Shown: positions 37,305 through 47,748 of the stretch, piece by piece
How the letters are laid out: each line of letters begins with the position of its first letter
Numbering within the stretch: position 1 is the first letter of the stretch
Source of the DNA: Candidatus Poribacteria bacterium
Lineage (GTDB): Bacteria; Poribacteria; WGA-4E; WGA-3G
Direction of reading: 5' to 3'
Assembly: GCA_963663765.2 (NCBI GenBank)
Contig: CAXXUA010000013.1
Coordinates: forward strand, 160,001 to 224,000
Length of the DNA stretch: 64,000 nt
Position numbers and translations under genes: made by a program
Notes under the pieces: generated by a model
Told to the model about the DNA's origin: nothing
Databases searched by the model: none
What the model saw: the letters and a program-made list of their open reading frames with translations, nothing else

Positions 37305-37749
37305 TTATCTTGAAATCAACATGAGAGCATTAAATGAAGGATATTGATCAAGAACTGCCAATTCCTGCCGTTCAATTAACCGATCAACATGATTAAAATC
37401 CAAAATACGCGCGGTGACTTCTCCAATAGTTGTGAGGGGAACTATTCTTACTTCTTATAACCTATAGTGGTTTACCCATTAATCAATTCTCGGATTATAG
37501 AAACGACTAAACTGTTTGGTCTGAAACACAAGAGAACCTATGTCACTGCATTTGTTGCGGTTACAATATGAGCACGCGTAAACAAGGTTGTTTTCCTCAG
37601 TAACCCCACCATGCTTTTCACTAATGATATGGTCTACTTGACAACCGAAATAAGTATCTTCCTCGTGGATCAGACAATATTCACACAACCCATTAGCAAG
37701 GGGTTTAGACTAACTTTCTTAAGGCAATGGATACGTAGGTTTTGCTCAT
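37305..37749 (-). pseudogene. HNH endonuclease pseudogene
   Basis: CEYC...DHIISEKHGG...NLVYACSYCNRNK; 5' frameshifts and internal stops; homology continues as IVPLTTIGEVTARILDFN. Confidence 0.85.
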
Positions 37750-37985
37750 TCTTTCAGATTGTGCTGTGCGCGGGATTTTGCAAGACGCATCAGATGCTCA
37801 AGCTGCAAACAGTGGTTGAGTTCTGCAGTTTCTTCAGATGTCAACCAAGTTGTCTTTTCCCAATGAATCAGATCTGCGATTCGTTCTTTCGTTTCTTCAG
37901 AAGTGCAAAAATCTATTAGGTTTCGCGGGGTTGTCCCTGCAGCGATGAAATCACTGATTTCCTTATATACAGGCGAAATGTGCAT
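37746..37985 (-). CDS. Small protein coupled to the HNH gene (antitoxin-like partner)
   Basis: GGAG RBS; ATGA overlap with the HNH start; LEHLMRLAK motif. Confidence 0.7.
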   Translation of the reverse strand: MHISPVYKEISDFIAAGTTPRNLIDFCTSEETKERIADLIHWEKTTWLTSEETAELNHCLQLEHLMRLAKSRAQHNLKE

Positions 37986-38148
37986 TGAATTTCCTCCATA
38001 ATTTAATAGATAGACCTAATGTTACTGACCTACTTCAAAATCAACATTTTGCGAGTTGCAGAGAATTCCCCTGCTATTAAATAAACACACTCAGGTTTGA
38101 CATGAGCGAAATGACCCATCTGTAGTGTATAGTGTTTATTGATTACAA

Positions 38149-39102
38149 CTATACTTTGGTTCTTAGTTGCTTTTGATATTCGGCATGTGCGGATTGTGGA
38201 TCCATCTCGCCATCAAGTACGCGACGTAAACACCGCACAAAAACTATTGGATCATCTTCACCGAATATGGTGCGTCCGAACAGGATAGCGCGCCCACCAT
38301 TCTGAACAACATTATGAGCAAGTGCAAACGTACTGCGTGCATTTTGTCTTGCCCCCCCTAAAGCACCAATCACGAGTGTTGTATCAAATTGACATAACTC
38401 TGTCCAGACATCCGAAGTCGTATAAGCAGTTTTGATAAAACGGGGTCGTTGGTGTTTACGGAGATAACTCATAGTGCGAACGATAGAATCAGCGACATAC
38501 ATACCACGTTTTTCTTCGTCCATTCCCGGTAATTTCACATTCGGTAAAAACACCTCTAATAAATGGTCGAATCCTTCAATTTCCCCCACGACATGAGCAA
38601 ATTGGACATAAGCTTGTAGCATACGTTCGTCAACAATTGGGTCATTGTTTAGTGTGATTGAATATAATCCGAGGTTGACTCTACATTCAAGAGCAGGACC
38701 GATGAGCGTTTCACAATACCGTTGCATGTCTTCTGGAAAGACCGTTTGAAAAGGCATGGAAGGTCGGGATGTATAGACACCGAACCTTGGGTTCCAGATT
38801 GCAGTCTCAGAGTTCATCCGTACGATAGGTGTAATAGGGGAGTTTTCAAACAGGTTTTCATCGAGTGCAAGTGTCTCAGCATCTGCGGGAGTCATCAGGA
38901 GTCCGTCTAACAGACCGTCTTCAACAAGGTCGCGTTGGAGCTGCAAAAACTCCGCATGCGTACGATAGTGTGGTTTTGGTTTTTGGACTTGTCCTAATCC
39001 TTTTATGCCAGCTGAAGCGAGTGGGTCTGCAGCAAAAACAAGAATAGGACTTTGTGAAATCAAGTCTGTATCTGAAAGTTTATCGTATATCCGGTTGCCC
39101 AT
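38149..39102 (-). CDS. Class I aldolase-like TIM-barrel protein
   Basis: HLLEVF, FIKTAY (candidate Schiff-base Lys), ALGG, ILFGRTI. Confidence 0.6.
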   Translation of the reverse strand: MGNRIYDKLSDTDLISQSPILVFAADPLASAGIKGLGQVQKPKPHYRTHAEFLQLQRDLVEDGLLDGLLMTPADAETLALDENLFENSPITPIVRMNSETAIWNPRFGVYTSRPSMPFQTVFPEDMQRYCETLIGPALECRVNLGLYSITLNNDPIVDERMLQAYVQFAHVVGEIEGFDHLLEVFLPNVKLPGMDEEKRGMYVADSIVRTMSYLRKHQRPRFIKTAYTTSDVWTELCQFDTTLVIGALGGARQNARSTFALAHNVVQNGGRAILFGRTIFGEDDPIVFVRCLRRVLDGEMDPQSAHAEYQKQLRTKV

Positions 39103-39182
39103 ATTTGATTAGTTCCTTTAGTATTGGGGTATGAAATTGAAAAAACTATTATGGTGTTTCTACATATTCGGTCTATATTGTA

Positions 39183-41699
39183 TTACAAAGTGTTAGTTGG
39201 GTCAATATCAATTATATATTCAATAGCATTTGATTTTAGAATGGATGGTGGCTCCTTAGTCAAACTATATAAGAGGTTACTAATTTTTTCAACATTCTGA
39301 CTTCTAAGCAGAAAGTGCCATCTATATTTACCTTCGATTTTAGATAGAGGTGCAGGTGCTGGACCTGAGATTGTTATCTCAGGAAACTTTTCTGTTTTCA
39401 ACTGATGTAAATACTCACTAACATTCTTTGCAGCATCTATCACCATATTTTCATTTTTTCCACGCAGCAAGAGGCTGGCTATATTAGCAAATGGTGGATA
39501 ACCCAATGTTCTCCGTTCTAATATTTCTTTTTCATAGAAATTGATATAGTCATGCTTTTGTGTAGCTAAAATGCAATAATGTTCTGGCAGATAAGTCTGA
39601 ATGATTACTTCCCCAGCTGCATCAGCTCGTCCAGAACGTCCCGCAACTTGAGTAAGTAAGCTGAATGTTTGTTCGCTTGCGCGGTAATCGGGAAGATTTA
39701 ATGCTGTGTCAGCTACCACGACACCGACAAGTGTTACATTAGGGAAATCCAGACCTTTTGCAACCATCTGCGTACCGATCAATATATCAATTTCTTGACG
39801 TTGAAAAGCATCTAAAATCTGTTGATGTGCGTTTTTTTTTGTCGTCGAATCAGCATCAAATCTTTTTACGTTTGCAGATGGATATGCTTTAAGTATTTCT
39901 TGTTCAACCGTTTCTGTGCCGAACCCTTTTTTTCCAAAATAATCAATTGCTGGACTGCTGCATTCAGGACACGTTGGGTGTAAATCTCTTTTGTGTTCAC
40001 AGTGATGACAAACCATTTTTTTTAATTCAAAGTGGAATGTCAACGTAATTGAGCAATTATTACATTTCTCTACATAGCCACATGTGCGACAAAATACATA
40101 ACGTGAATGTCCACGTCTATTTAAGAACAAAATACTTTGTTGCTTTTTCTCTATTCTCTCACTGATAGCATCTCTGAGTTGTTGTGAGAAGATCGTACGG
40201 TTTCCTTTTTTTAGTTCATCCCGCATATCAACAATTTGGACTTTGGGCATTTTTCTATCTAAAACACGCATCGGGAGACTGAGGAGTTTATAGTTTCCGT
40301 TTTGTGCTTGGTAATAACTTTCGAGAGAGGGTGTTGCACTGCCGAGGATTATAGGGCAATTTGCAAACTCTGCTCGTTTACGTGCCACCTCACGTGTGTG
40401 GTAACGTGGTGCAGTATCTGATTTATATGAGTCTGAATGTTCCTCATCAATAACCATTAAACCCAAATTATTGACAGGTGCGAATACTGCAGAACGTGGA
40501 CCTATAACAATATCTGCGTCACCATTCTTGATACGATGCCATTGGTCAAACCTCTCACCATCGCTTAGACGACTGTGAAGTAGCGCAATGCGTTCTCCAA
40601 AACGACTGATAAACCGTGATGCAGTTTGTGGTGTCAAAGAAATCTCTGGAACAAGCACAATCACGGATTTTCCACTATCCAAAACCTTTGACATGACCTG
40701 CATATACACTTCAGTTTTACCACTTCCAGTTACACCGTGTAACAAGAAACAACAATTTGATTCATTATTAGATTGGATATTATTAAGAATGTCTGTATAT
40801 GCATCGGTCTGAAATTGGTTCAAAGTGTGAGATTGTGTGGTTGCAATCGGTTGGTTACTCAAGGGATTGCGTATCGCTTGTGCTTTAGAAATTTTTATGA
40901 AGCCGCGTCTCTCAAGTGTACGGAGAAGTGTCGGACCCGTTTTTACCCGCTTTGTTAGTTCGGATGTAGCAATTGGTGCACCTTCATCAAGTAATATTTG
41001 AAGGATTTGTGCATGTTTGATAGCTGCAGCATGGGGGATTCGTCTATTTTTTCTATTTTTTGATTCAGGAACACCTGTTTGTTCAGTTAATAAATCTATA
41101 ATTTCTGACTCAATATCTTCTTGTGACAATGCTAAAGATGCAACATTTGTAAACTGTGCAGTTGCTTTGGGTTTGTGTAAGATTCTGAGTTCAACAATAC
41201 CCTTTTCTTGTAGTGCTTTAATTTTTGGACGAAGTTTTGCTGTTGTTGTACCGACTCGTCTTGCAAGTTGATCTGGAGACAGATCACCCTCAGTTTCCAA
41301 AAGTGTTACGATTTCTTTTTGAACTATTTCACGTGGAGGTTCATAATCCGGTAGTAAGTGTACTCTTTTGTGTTTATGATTTCGGACTGCGGCAGGAACA
41401 GCACAAAAAAGGGAACTACCCCATGAAGACAGATAGTAGTCCGACATCCATTTTGTGAGTTTGAGAAGTTCTTCGGAAAATGTAGGGATCTCGTCCAGAC
41501 ATTCTGAGATATTCTTGATCTTGTCAGCATCAACGTCAGTTTCTTCAACCCGTTCCACCACAACACCTTCCTGTTGACTTCTATGGAAGGAGGCTAAAAC
41601 CCGTACTCCCGGCTGCACTTTTGCATTTAAATATTCTGGGACAGCGTAAGTGAATAGTTGATTCACAGCAAGAGGAAAAGCAACTTTGGCATAACTCAT
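39183..41699 (-). CDS. priA: Primosomal protein N'
   Basis: GVTGSGKTEVY, DEEH, SATPS, LNRRG, four CxxC pairs, GTQMVAKGLDF, QVAGRSGR. Confidence 0.97.
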   Translation of the reverse strand: MSYAKVAFPLAVNQLFTYAVPEYLNAKVQPGVRVLASFHRSQQEGVVVERVEETDVDADKIKNISECLDEIPTFSEELLKLTKWMSDYYLSSWGSSLFCAVPAAVRNHKHKRVHLLPDYEPPREIVQKEIVTLLETEGDLSPDQLARRVGTTTAKLRPKIKALQEKGIVELRILHKPKATAQFTNVASLALSQEDIESEIIDLLTEQTGVPESKNRKNRRIPHAAAIKHAQILQILLDEGAPIATSELTKRVKTGPTLLRTLERRGFIKISKAQAIRNPLSNQPIATTQSHTLNQFQTDAYTDILNNIQSNNESNCCFLLHGVTGSGKTEVYMQVMSKVLDSGKSVIVLVPEISLTPQTASRFISRFGERIALLHSRLSDGERFDQWHRIKNGDADIVIGPRSAVFAPVNNLGLMVIDEEHSDSYKSDTAPRYHTREVARKRAEFANCPIILGSATPSLESYYQAQNGNYKLLSLPMRVLDRKMPKVQIVDMRDELKKGNRTIFSQQLRDAISERIEKKQQSILFLNRRGHSRYVFCRTCGYVEKCNNCSITLTFHFELKKMVCHHCEHKRDLHPTCPECSSPAIDYFGKKGFGTETVEQEILKAYPSANVKRFDADSTTKKNAHQQILDAFQRQEIDILIGTQMVAKGLDFPNVTLVGVVVADTALNLPDYRASEQTFSLLTQVAGRSGRADAAGEVIIQTYLPEHYCILATQKHDYINFYEKEILERRTLGYPPFANIASLLLRGKNENMVIDAAKNVSEYLHQLKTEKFPEITISGPAPAPLSKIEGKYRWHFLLRSQNVEKISNLLYSLTKEPPSILKSNAIEYIIDIDPTNTL

Positions 41700-41765
41700 A
41701 AAACATTCCTGCTGGAATAAATAGTAGGTTTTTTGTGTACACTCAAAATACAACCTATCAAGTTG

Positions 41766-42470
41766 TTATTTTTCATCTATGTATGCCATCACTTGCTGCA
41801 TATCTTCCCAGACATCACGTTTAGCATTTGGGTTTCTGAGCAAATAAGCTGGATGAAAGGTCGGCATAATGACAGGTGCATTGTCTTGCTGTTTAGCAAG
41901 TGCATATTGATGGAACTGTCCGCGTAGTGCAGTAATACCTGTTTTGGTCTCAAGCATCATCTGTGCTGCAAAACTGCCAAGTGCTACAATGACTTTTGGT
42001 TGAATTAATTCTATCTGCCGGAGTAGGTATGGACTGCATGTTTCTACTTCGTCTGGTGCGGGATTTCTGTTACCGGGAGGTCTGCATTTAAGTACATTAG
42101 CGATGTAAACATCCTCACGCGTATATTTCATCGCATTGATGATTTCTGTGAGTAATTTACCTGCTCTACCGACAAAAGGTTCCCCTTGCTTGTCTTCATC
42201 AGCACCGGGTGCTTCACCTACAAACATCAAATCTGCAGTTGAGCTTCCAACACCAAAAACGACGGTATTCCGTCCTTCATGTAACTGACATTTAATGCAA
42301 CTTTGCGCGTCTGTGTTGAGAGCAGGTAGATCCAAGGCAGCGTATTTTGGTTCCTGTTCCGCCTCTTTTATTTCTGCTTCTGTAAAGCCAAATTCAAGTT
42401 GTTCTGCCACGTATTCCCTCACAGTTGCAACGATTTGTAGGTACTCTTTTCTGAGATTGATGTCATCCAT
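41766..42470 (-). CDS. Family 4 uracil-DNA glycosylase (Fe-S)
   Basis: [36 protein letters not shown]. Confidence 0.95.
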   Translation of the reverse strand: MDDINLRKEYLQIVATVREYVAEQLEFGFTEAEIKEAEQEPKYAALDLPALNTDAQSCIKCQLHEGRNTVVFGVGSSTADLMFVGEAPGADEDKQGEPFVGRAGKLLTEIINAMKYTREDVYIANVLKCRPPGNRNPAPDEVETCSPYLLRQIELIQPKVIVALGSFAAQMMLETKTGITALRGQFHQYALAKQQDNAPVIMPTFHPAYLLRNPNAKRDVWEDMQQVMAYIDEK

Positions 42471-42496
42471 AAGGTATCCCTGTATCAATCAATCAA

Positions 42497-44173
42497 TTAG
42501 TTGCGCCATTTGTCAAAGAGGCTAATTCCATCATACCAGGTTATATATAGAAAAAGTGCGATTAGAAGTACGACACTAACTTGTTGAACAATCTCTTGTG
42601 CTCTTCGGGGTACTGGACGACCACGTATTTTTTCTACTGCGAAAAAAAGTAGGTGTCCACCATCAGCAATTGGAATCGGTAACAAATTTACGATTGCGAG
42701 GTTCACGCTGATGAAACCAATGAAAAAGAGAATAGAAGCTACACCAACACTATCAAACATACGACTTGTAACATCAGCTATTCCTACTGGACCTGAAAGA
42801 TGCTTTGGTGACACTTCACCAACTATAAGTTGTTTTAGAGTTCGTGCAATTGAAGTGACCGTAAGCCATGTGGTTTCTGTGCCTTTTGCTAATGCTGAGA
42901 AAAAATTATATCTTGGTAACGGAGGGTCTAATTTCATCCCTGATAGATAAGTTGCCCAATTCATACCAAAAATAGTGCCTTTTTCATCCTTGTCAGATAT
43001 TTCTAAAGGATTAATTGTAATAGTTTTCTCTGTACCTTCTCTGAGAATTCCTAATGCAATCGGTTTGTCTTTTGCCTTTTCCAATTCTGAATAGAGAGTT
43101 TTGCTCTCTGCTGGTTTTCCATTCACACTAATTATAATATCTCCATCCTCAATACCTGCTAAATCAGCGGTGCTATTCTTTTGTACTACAGTTCTAAGCT
43201 GCCAAGTGACAGGAAGTTCAATTGTTTGCTGTTCACCTTCCCTTAGAATCCCGATTTTAATTTTATCCTGTTTCTGATTTATCTTATTATAGTATTCTTG
43301 GTATTTTATTAATGTCCAATCTTCTTGTGTTTTCCAAATATCTGGGTCAAAAACTGGAACGGTATACAAGTTTTCTGCATCAATGGTTTCTATCTGCTCG
43401 CCAACCATTATTCCCGCTTGTTCAGCCAAACTACCCGTAATAATATCAGAAACTAAAACATCGTTGGATCCAATAACTTTGATTATCCCAGTATCTCCTC
43501 TTGAATTAGGAATAGCATCTGGAACGATGGTAAGCGTTTCCAAATTATCATCTCGTTGAACAACAAAATCCAATGATTTATTAGGGTTGGTAAATATTTT
43601 CATTTGGAAAGCAGAAAAATTGGATATGCGATCATCATTTATAGATACAATTTTGTCACCTGGCAACATACCTGCGATACCTGCCGGACCATCATCATCA
43701 ACCAAGGCGATCTGAACTCCATCTCGTTTTTGTCCAAATGTCTGTCCAGTTAAACCACCAATTAAGCCTACTGCATGACGATCAACCCCTATAGCAAAAA
43801 TGAACCAAAAAGCAATTATCCCAAACAAGATATTCACAGCAGGTCCTGCGACAACAACAAAAGCGCGCTGTCCGATCGATGCACTTCCAAATTCACCTTT
43901 TGCACCGGTCTGTTCAGTTGGGTTTTCCCCTTCCATTTGGACATATCCACCAAAAGGCAGCAGTGAAAGTTTGTATTCTGTATCACCCTTTTTGAAACCC
44001 ACTAACTTTGGACCGAAACCAAGTGAAAAGGCATTTACCTTAATACCTGCACGTTTGGCAGCGAGAAAATGTCCGAGTTCATGAATAAAAATAAGAAAAC
44101 CGAGAGGAATGAGTGCAAGAAGTACCGTTTTGAAACCAGAAATTACTGTTAGAATTAGTTCCATAAACTCCAT
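42497..44173 (-). CDS. rseP: RIP metalloprotease RseP with three PDZ-like repeats
   Basis: HELGH, PFGGYV, AGPAVN, NLLPIPIADGG. Confidence 0.95.
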   Translation of the reverse strand: MEFMELILTVISGFKTVLLALIPLGFLIFIHELGHFLAAKRAGIKVNAFSLGFGPKLVGFKKGDTEYKLSLLPFGGYVQMEGENPTEQTGAKGEFGSASIGQRAFVVVAGPAVNILFGIIAFWFIFAIGVDRHAVGLIGGLTGQTFGQKRDGVQIALVDDDGPAGIAGMLPGDKIVSINDDRISNFSAFQMKIFTNPNKSLDFVVQRDDNLETLTIVPDAIPNSRGDTGIIKVIGSNDVLVSDIITGSLAEQAGIMVGEQIETIDAENLYTVPVFDPDIWKTQEDWTLIKYQEYYNKINQKQDKIKIGILREGEQQTIELPVTWQLRTVVQKNSTADLAGIEDGDIIISVNGKPAESKTLYSELEKAKDKPIALGILREGTEKTITINPLEISDKDEKGTIFGMNWATYLSGMKLDPPLPRYNFFSALAKGTETTWLTVTSIARTLKQLIVGEVSPKHLSGPVGIADVTSRMFDSVGVASILFFIGFISVNLAIVNLLPIPIADGGHLLFFAVEKIRGRPVPRRAQEIVQQVSVVLLIALFLYITWYDGISLFDKWRN

Positions 44174-44218
44174 TGTTTTTTCTCCTTATGATGATTGCAG
44201 TATTTGAGTAAAGCCATG

Positions 44219-45385
44219 TTACTTATAAGAGTTAATTATTGAACGGACGGTTGACTTCGTCCAGTTGTCTACTTCAAGTATATCTTCAAGTGTTGGGTCT
44301 GCAATCACTTTGTGTTTATCCATTACAGTCTGCAATATAGCGGGAATATCCATAAATCCTATGTGTTTACCAAGAAATGCTTTTACCACGACTTCGTCAG
44401 CACTGCTCAGAACAACGGGGAGAGTTCCTCCGACTTCAGCTGCAGTGTATGCAAGTGAAATACAAGGGAATTTCTCTCTATCTACAGGTTCAAAATGTAA
44501 TGTGCATGTTTCAGTTAAGTCTAATCGTGGGACAGGTGAGGGGAGTCTATTTGGATATGATAGTGCATATTGAATCATAATCCGCATATCCGTAGGACCG
44601 AGTTGTGCAAGTGTCGAACCGTCTGTCCATTCTACCATAGAATGAACTATACTCTCTCTATGAATTACAATGTCTATTTTTTCGGGTTCAATATCAAATA
44701 ACCACTTCGCCTCAATCACTTCTAAACCTTTGTTCATCATAGTTGCTGAATCGATGGTGATTTTCTGTCCCATATCCCAATTGGGATGCTGTAGTGCTTT
44801 TTGTGGCGTTACAGCACTGAGTTCGTCTTTTGGCAGATCGCGAAATGGTCCACCAGAAGCAGTTAAAATCAAGCGATGAATTTCATTGTTCTTATTTTCT
44901 GTCCCCTCTAAACATTGAAATATTGCGCTCATTTCCCCATCAATTGGAATTAGATTTACACCGTTCCTCCGAACAGCTTCCAGAACTATAGGACCGCACA
45001 TGACCATCACTTCTTTGTTGACGAAGGCGATGTCTTTACCCGCATTGATGGCAGCGAGTGTCGGTAACAAACCCGCACTTCCACCCATTCCATCTAATAC
45101 TTGATCTGCTGCTTCAAATGTTGCTACTGCTTGTATTCCATCAGGCCCAGCAAGTACTTCAATATTCTTTATGTCGTTAATTCTATTTTTCAGACACTTA
45201 GCAGCATCAAAATCATATAACGCTGCCAAATGTGGTTGAAACTTTCGTATTTGATATTCAAGCGTATCAGCATCTTTGTTTGCAGCCAATGCTACGACAT
45301 TGAATTCTTCGCTATGTGTTTCAACGACATTTAAAGTGTTTTTTCCAATTGAACCAGTACTGCCTAAAATTGCGATGTGCTTCAT
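44219..45385 (-). CDS. dxr: 1-deoxy-D-xylulose 5-phosphate reductoisomerase
   Basis: LGSTGSIG, NKE, TASGGPF, HPNWDMGQKITIDSATMMNKGLE. Confidence 0.96.
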   Translation of the reverse strand: MKHIAILGSTGSIGKNTLNVVETHSEEFNVVALAANKDADTLEYQIRKFQPHLAALYDFDAAKCLKNRINDIKNIEVLAGPDGIQAVATFEAADQVLDGMGGSAGLLPTLAAINAGKDIAFVNKEVMVMCGPIVLEAVRRNGVNLIPIDGEMSAIFQCLEGTENKNNEIHRLILTASGGPFRDLPKDELSAVTPQKALQHPNWDMGQKITIDSATMMNKGLEVIEAKWLFDIEPEKIDIVIHRESIVHSMVEWTDGSTLAQLGPTDMRIMIQYALSYPNRLPSPVPRLDLTETCTLHFEPVDREKFPCISLAYTAAEVGGTLPVVLSSADEVVVKAFLGKHIGFMDIPAILQTVMDKHKVIADPTLEDILEVDNWTKSTVRSIINSYK

Positions 45386-45504
45386 GTGTATGTATTATTG
45401 TGTCAGTGCCGAAGCACATGCAAATTAATTGTGGATTCTCTTATTTTTTAGTTTGTACATTAGACTGTATCTAATAGATGTGCCTTATACAACGTCTAAG
45501 CGGT

Positions 45505-46338
45505 CTATTTTATAATCCCTACTATTGCGAGATAATAATAAAGAAAAGGTGCAGCAAATATTAAACTGTCACATCTATCAAGAAAACCACCGTGCCCTGG
45601 AATAAAATCTCCAGAATCTTTTACACCTGCAGTGCGTTTCATTAGTGACACACTCAAATCTCCAAGTTGTCCTAAAACACTTAACAGTAGTCCTATAAAG
45701 GCTGCATCGGTCAGTGAAAGTGTTTCTATTAGTAAGAAATTTCTATAAACCACACAAACTAAAGTTCCAACAACTAATCCAGCGATAATTCCTTCAATAG
45801 TTTTGTGGGGACTAATTGGGGTGCTGAGTTTATGTTTTCCAACAGCTTTCCCAATGAGATAAGCTGCGGTATCACTGCACCAGATTGTTCCAATTAATAA
45901 GAAGACAATACGTGTCCCGACTTCATTAATTTTTTGTAATAGTATACAGTGATATCCAAATGCCCAACCAATTGTCAGGATTCCAGTGAGTTTTAGCGTG
46001 ACTGTTAGCAACTCACCCTTTACTTCACCTTTGTAAATACTTGATGCAAATGTATATATAAAAACTACAAGTAAGAACCCAAACAAGTAGATTGATGTTC
46101 GGGGCTTGTCAGTAGGAGAATCCAAAAAATAAGCTAACAAGCAGAAACCCACAGTTAATGCTGCGGGGATTATAGGGTTTAATTTTTGACTGAAGTGTTG
46201 TGAAAGTTTGCAGTATTCAACCTGCATCATCAGGACAGCGGCGGAGACGAGTATCAGAAAAAACCATCCACCGAAATTAATAACTAACAGGACAAGGGGA
46301 ACTAGTACGACAACACTCAGAGTTCGCCGCCAAAACAT
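45505..46338 (-). CDS. cdsA: Phosphatidate cytidylyltransferase
   Basis: SDTAAY, ISPHKTIEG, GDL..S..KR..VKDSG..IPGHGGFLDRCDS. Confidence 0.96.
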   Translation of the reverse strand: MFWRRTLSVVVLVPLVLLVINFGGWFFLILVSAAVLMMQVEYCKLSQHFSQKLNPIIPAALTVGFCLLAYFLDSPTDKPRTSIYLFGFLLVVFIYTFASSIYKGEVKGELLTVTLKLTGILTIGWAFGYHCILLQKINEVGTRIVFLLIGTIWCSDTAAYLIGKAVGKHKLSTPISPHKTIEGIIAGLVVGTLVCVVYRNFLLIETLSLTDAAFIGLLLSVLGQLGDLSVSLMKRTAGVKDSGDFIPGHGGFLDRCDSLIFAAPFLYYYLAIVGIIK

Positions 46339-46340
46339 AA

Positions 46341-46928
46341 TTAAGTCTCTAAGAGTTCAGCTTCTTTGGTTTCAGCAAGATCATTAATTTTATCAACATA
46401 GGTATCGGTTAATTTTTGAACGGGATCCGTATCACTTCGTCCACTTTTCTTATCACCGCCTCTGCCTTTGCTTCTCCTGCTACCAGAACCAGCTTCTCCA
46501 CCTTCCAGTTTTTTTATTGCATCATTTGCGTCACGGCGAATGTTTCGAATTGCGACTCTACCTTCCTCAGCCAACTTCTTTACAAGTTTTGTGAGTTCAA
46601 CCCGTCGTTCAGTTGTTAATTCAGGGACTTGGATGCGAATGAGATTGCCATCATTGCTTGTAGCCAAACCCAAATCAGACTGTGCGATTGCTTTTTCAAT
46701 ATCCTTGAGAAGTGTCTTGTCCCATGGTTGTATTACAAGCTGACGTGGTTCTGGTGTCGTAATCGTCCCAACCTGATTTAACGGGGTTTTGTTCCCATAA
46801 TAGTTTATGGTTACTTGGTCTAACAATGCAGTTGTTGCACGACCTGTTTGTATGTGTGATAATTTCGCTGCCGTGGATTCGACAGTTTTTTGCATACGTG
46901 ATTCAGTATTTTGCAGTACTTCTTGCAT
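46341..46928 (-). CDS. frr: Ribosome recycling factor with an atypical insertion
   Basis: TGRA, YYG..TPLNQV, QPWD, PELTTERR, RNIRRDA, VQKLTD. Confidence 0.95.
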   Translation of the reverse strand: MQEVLQNTESRMQKTVESTAAKLSHIQTGRATTALLDQVTINYYGNKTPLNQVGTITTPEPRQLVIQPWDKTLLKDIEKAIAQSDLGLATSNDGNLIRIQVPELTTERRVELTKLVKKLAEEGRVAIRNIRRDANDAIKKLEGGEAGSGSRRSKGRGGDKKSGRSDTDPVQKLTDTYVDKINDLAETKEAELLET

Positions 46929-46991
46929 CTGAATACCCTATCCTTTCTATTGTGATTGATTCCGATGTAATCGCAGCTGACTGTATCAACA

Positions 46992-47585
46992 TTACTGTCC
47001 GAGAACATATAGCACAAAACGTCTTACAACGATATTCTCACCGAGTTGTGCAATTGCATCTTTTACAAGGTCCTCAATAGTTTTATCGGAATCTCGTATA
47101 TATGGTTGTTTTAGCAGACACGCTTCTGAGTAAAATTTTGAAATACGTCCATCTACAATTTTATCAACAATATGGTCAGGTTTTCCTTCTTGAAGTGCCT
47201 GAGTTTTCAAAATTGCTTTCTCTGCATCAAGTTCCTCATCAGGGACTTCATCCTCGTTGACATATTTTGGTTTTGCTGCGGCGACTTGCATGGCGATTTC
47301 TGTTGCTAATTTTTGAAACTGCTCAGTTCTGGCGACAAAATCAGTTTCACAATTAAGTTCGACTAAAGTGCCGACACGGTTTCCGGGGTGGATATATGAG
47401 ATAATCAATCCCTCTTCTGTAGCCCGTCCACCTTTGACTTCGGAGGCGCGCAAGCCTTGCTCGCGCAATTTCTTAATTGCGGTATCAATATCACCTTCTG
47501 TCTCTGTTAGTGCTTTCTTACAATCCATAATACCAGCACCAGTACGAGAACGTAACTCACTGACCATTTTTGCAGTTATTCCCAT
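46992..47585 (-). CDS. tsf: Elongation factor Ts, short form
   Basis: LRSRTGAGIMDCKKAL, ELNCETDFVA; ~197 aa. Confidence 0.97.
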   Translation of the reverse strand: MGITAKMVSELRSRTGAGIMDCKKALTETEGDIDTAIKKLREQGLRASEVKGGRATEEGLIISYIHPGNRVGTLVELNCETDFVARTEQFQKLATEIAMQVAAAKPKYVNEDEVPDEELDAEKAILKTQALQEGKPDHIVDKIVDGRISKFYSEACLLKQPYIRDSDKTIEDLVKDAIAQLGENIVVRRFVLYVLGQ

Positions 47586-47748
47586 TTTTCCTCCCATTAA
47601 GATTCAAACTATATATGATGCAGCCTTAATAATAACTGCTGTTTCAAATTTATTAGACTTTGTTGAATCTGTATTTTATAAATATAGAGACTTAGTCTTA
47701 TTCTATTCTTATGTCTACACAAGTAATAGGTAATTCTTAGAAATTATA

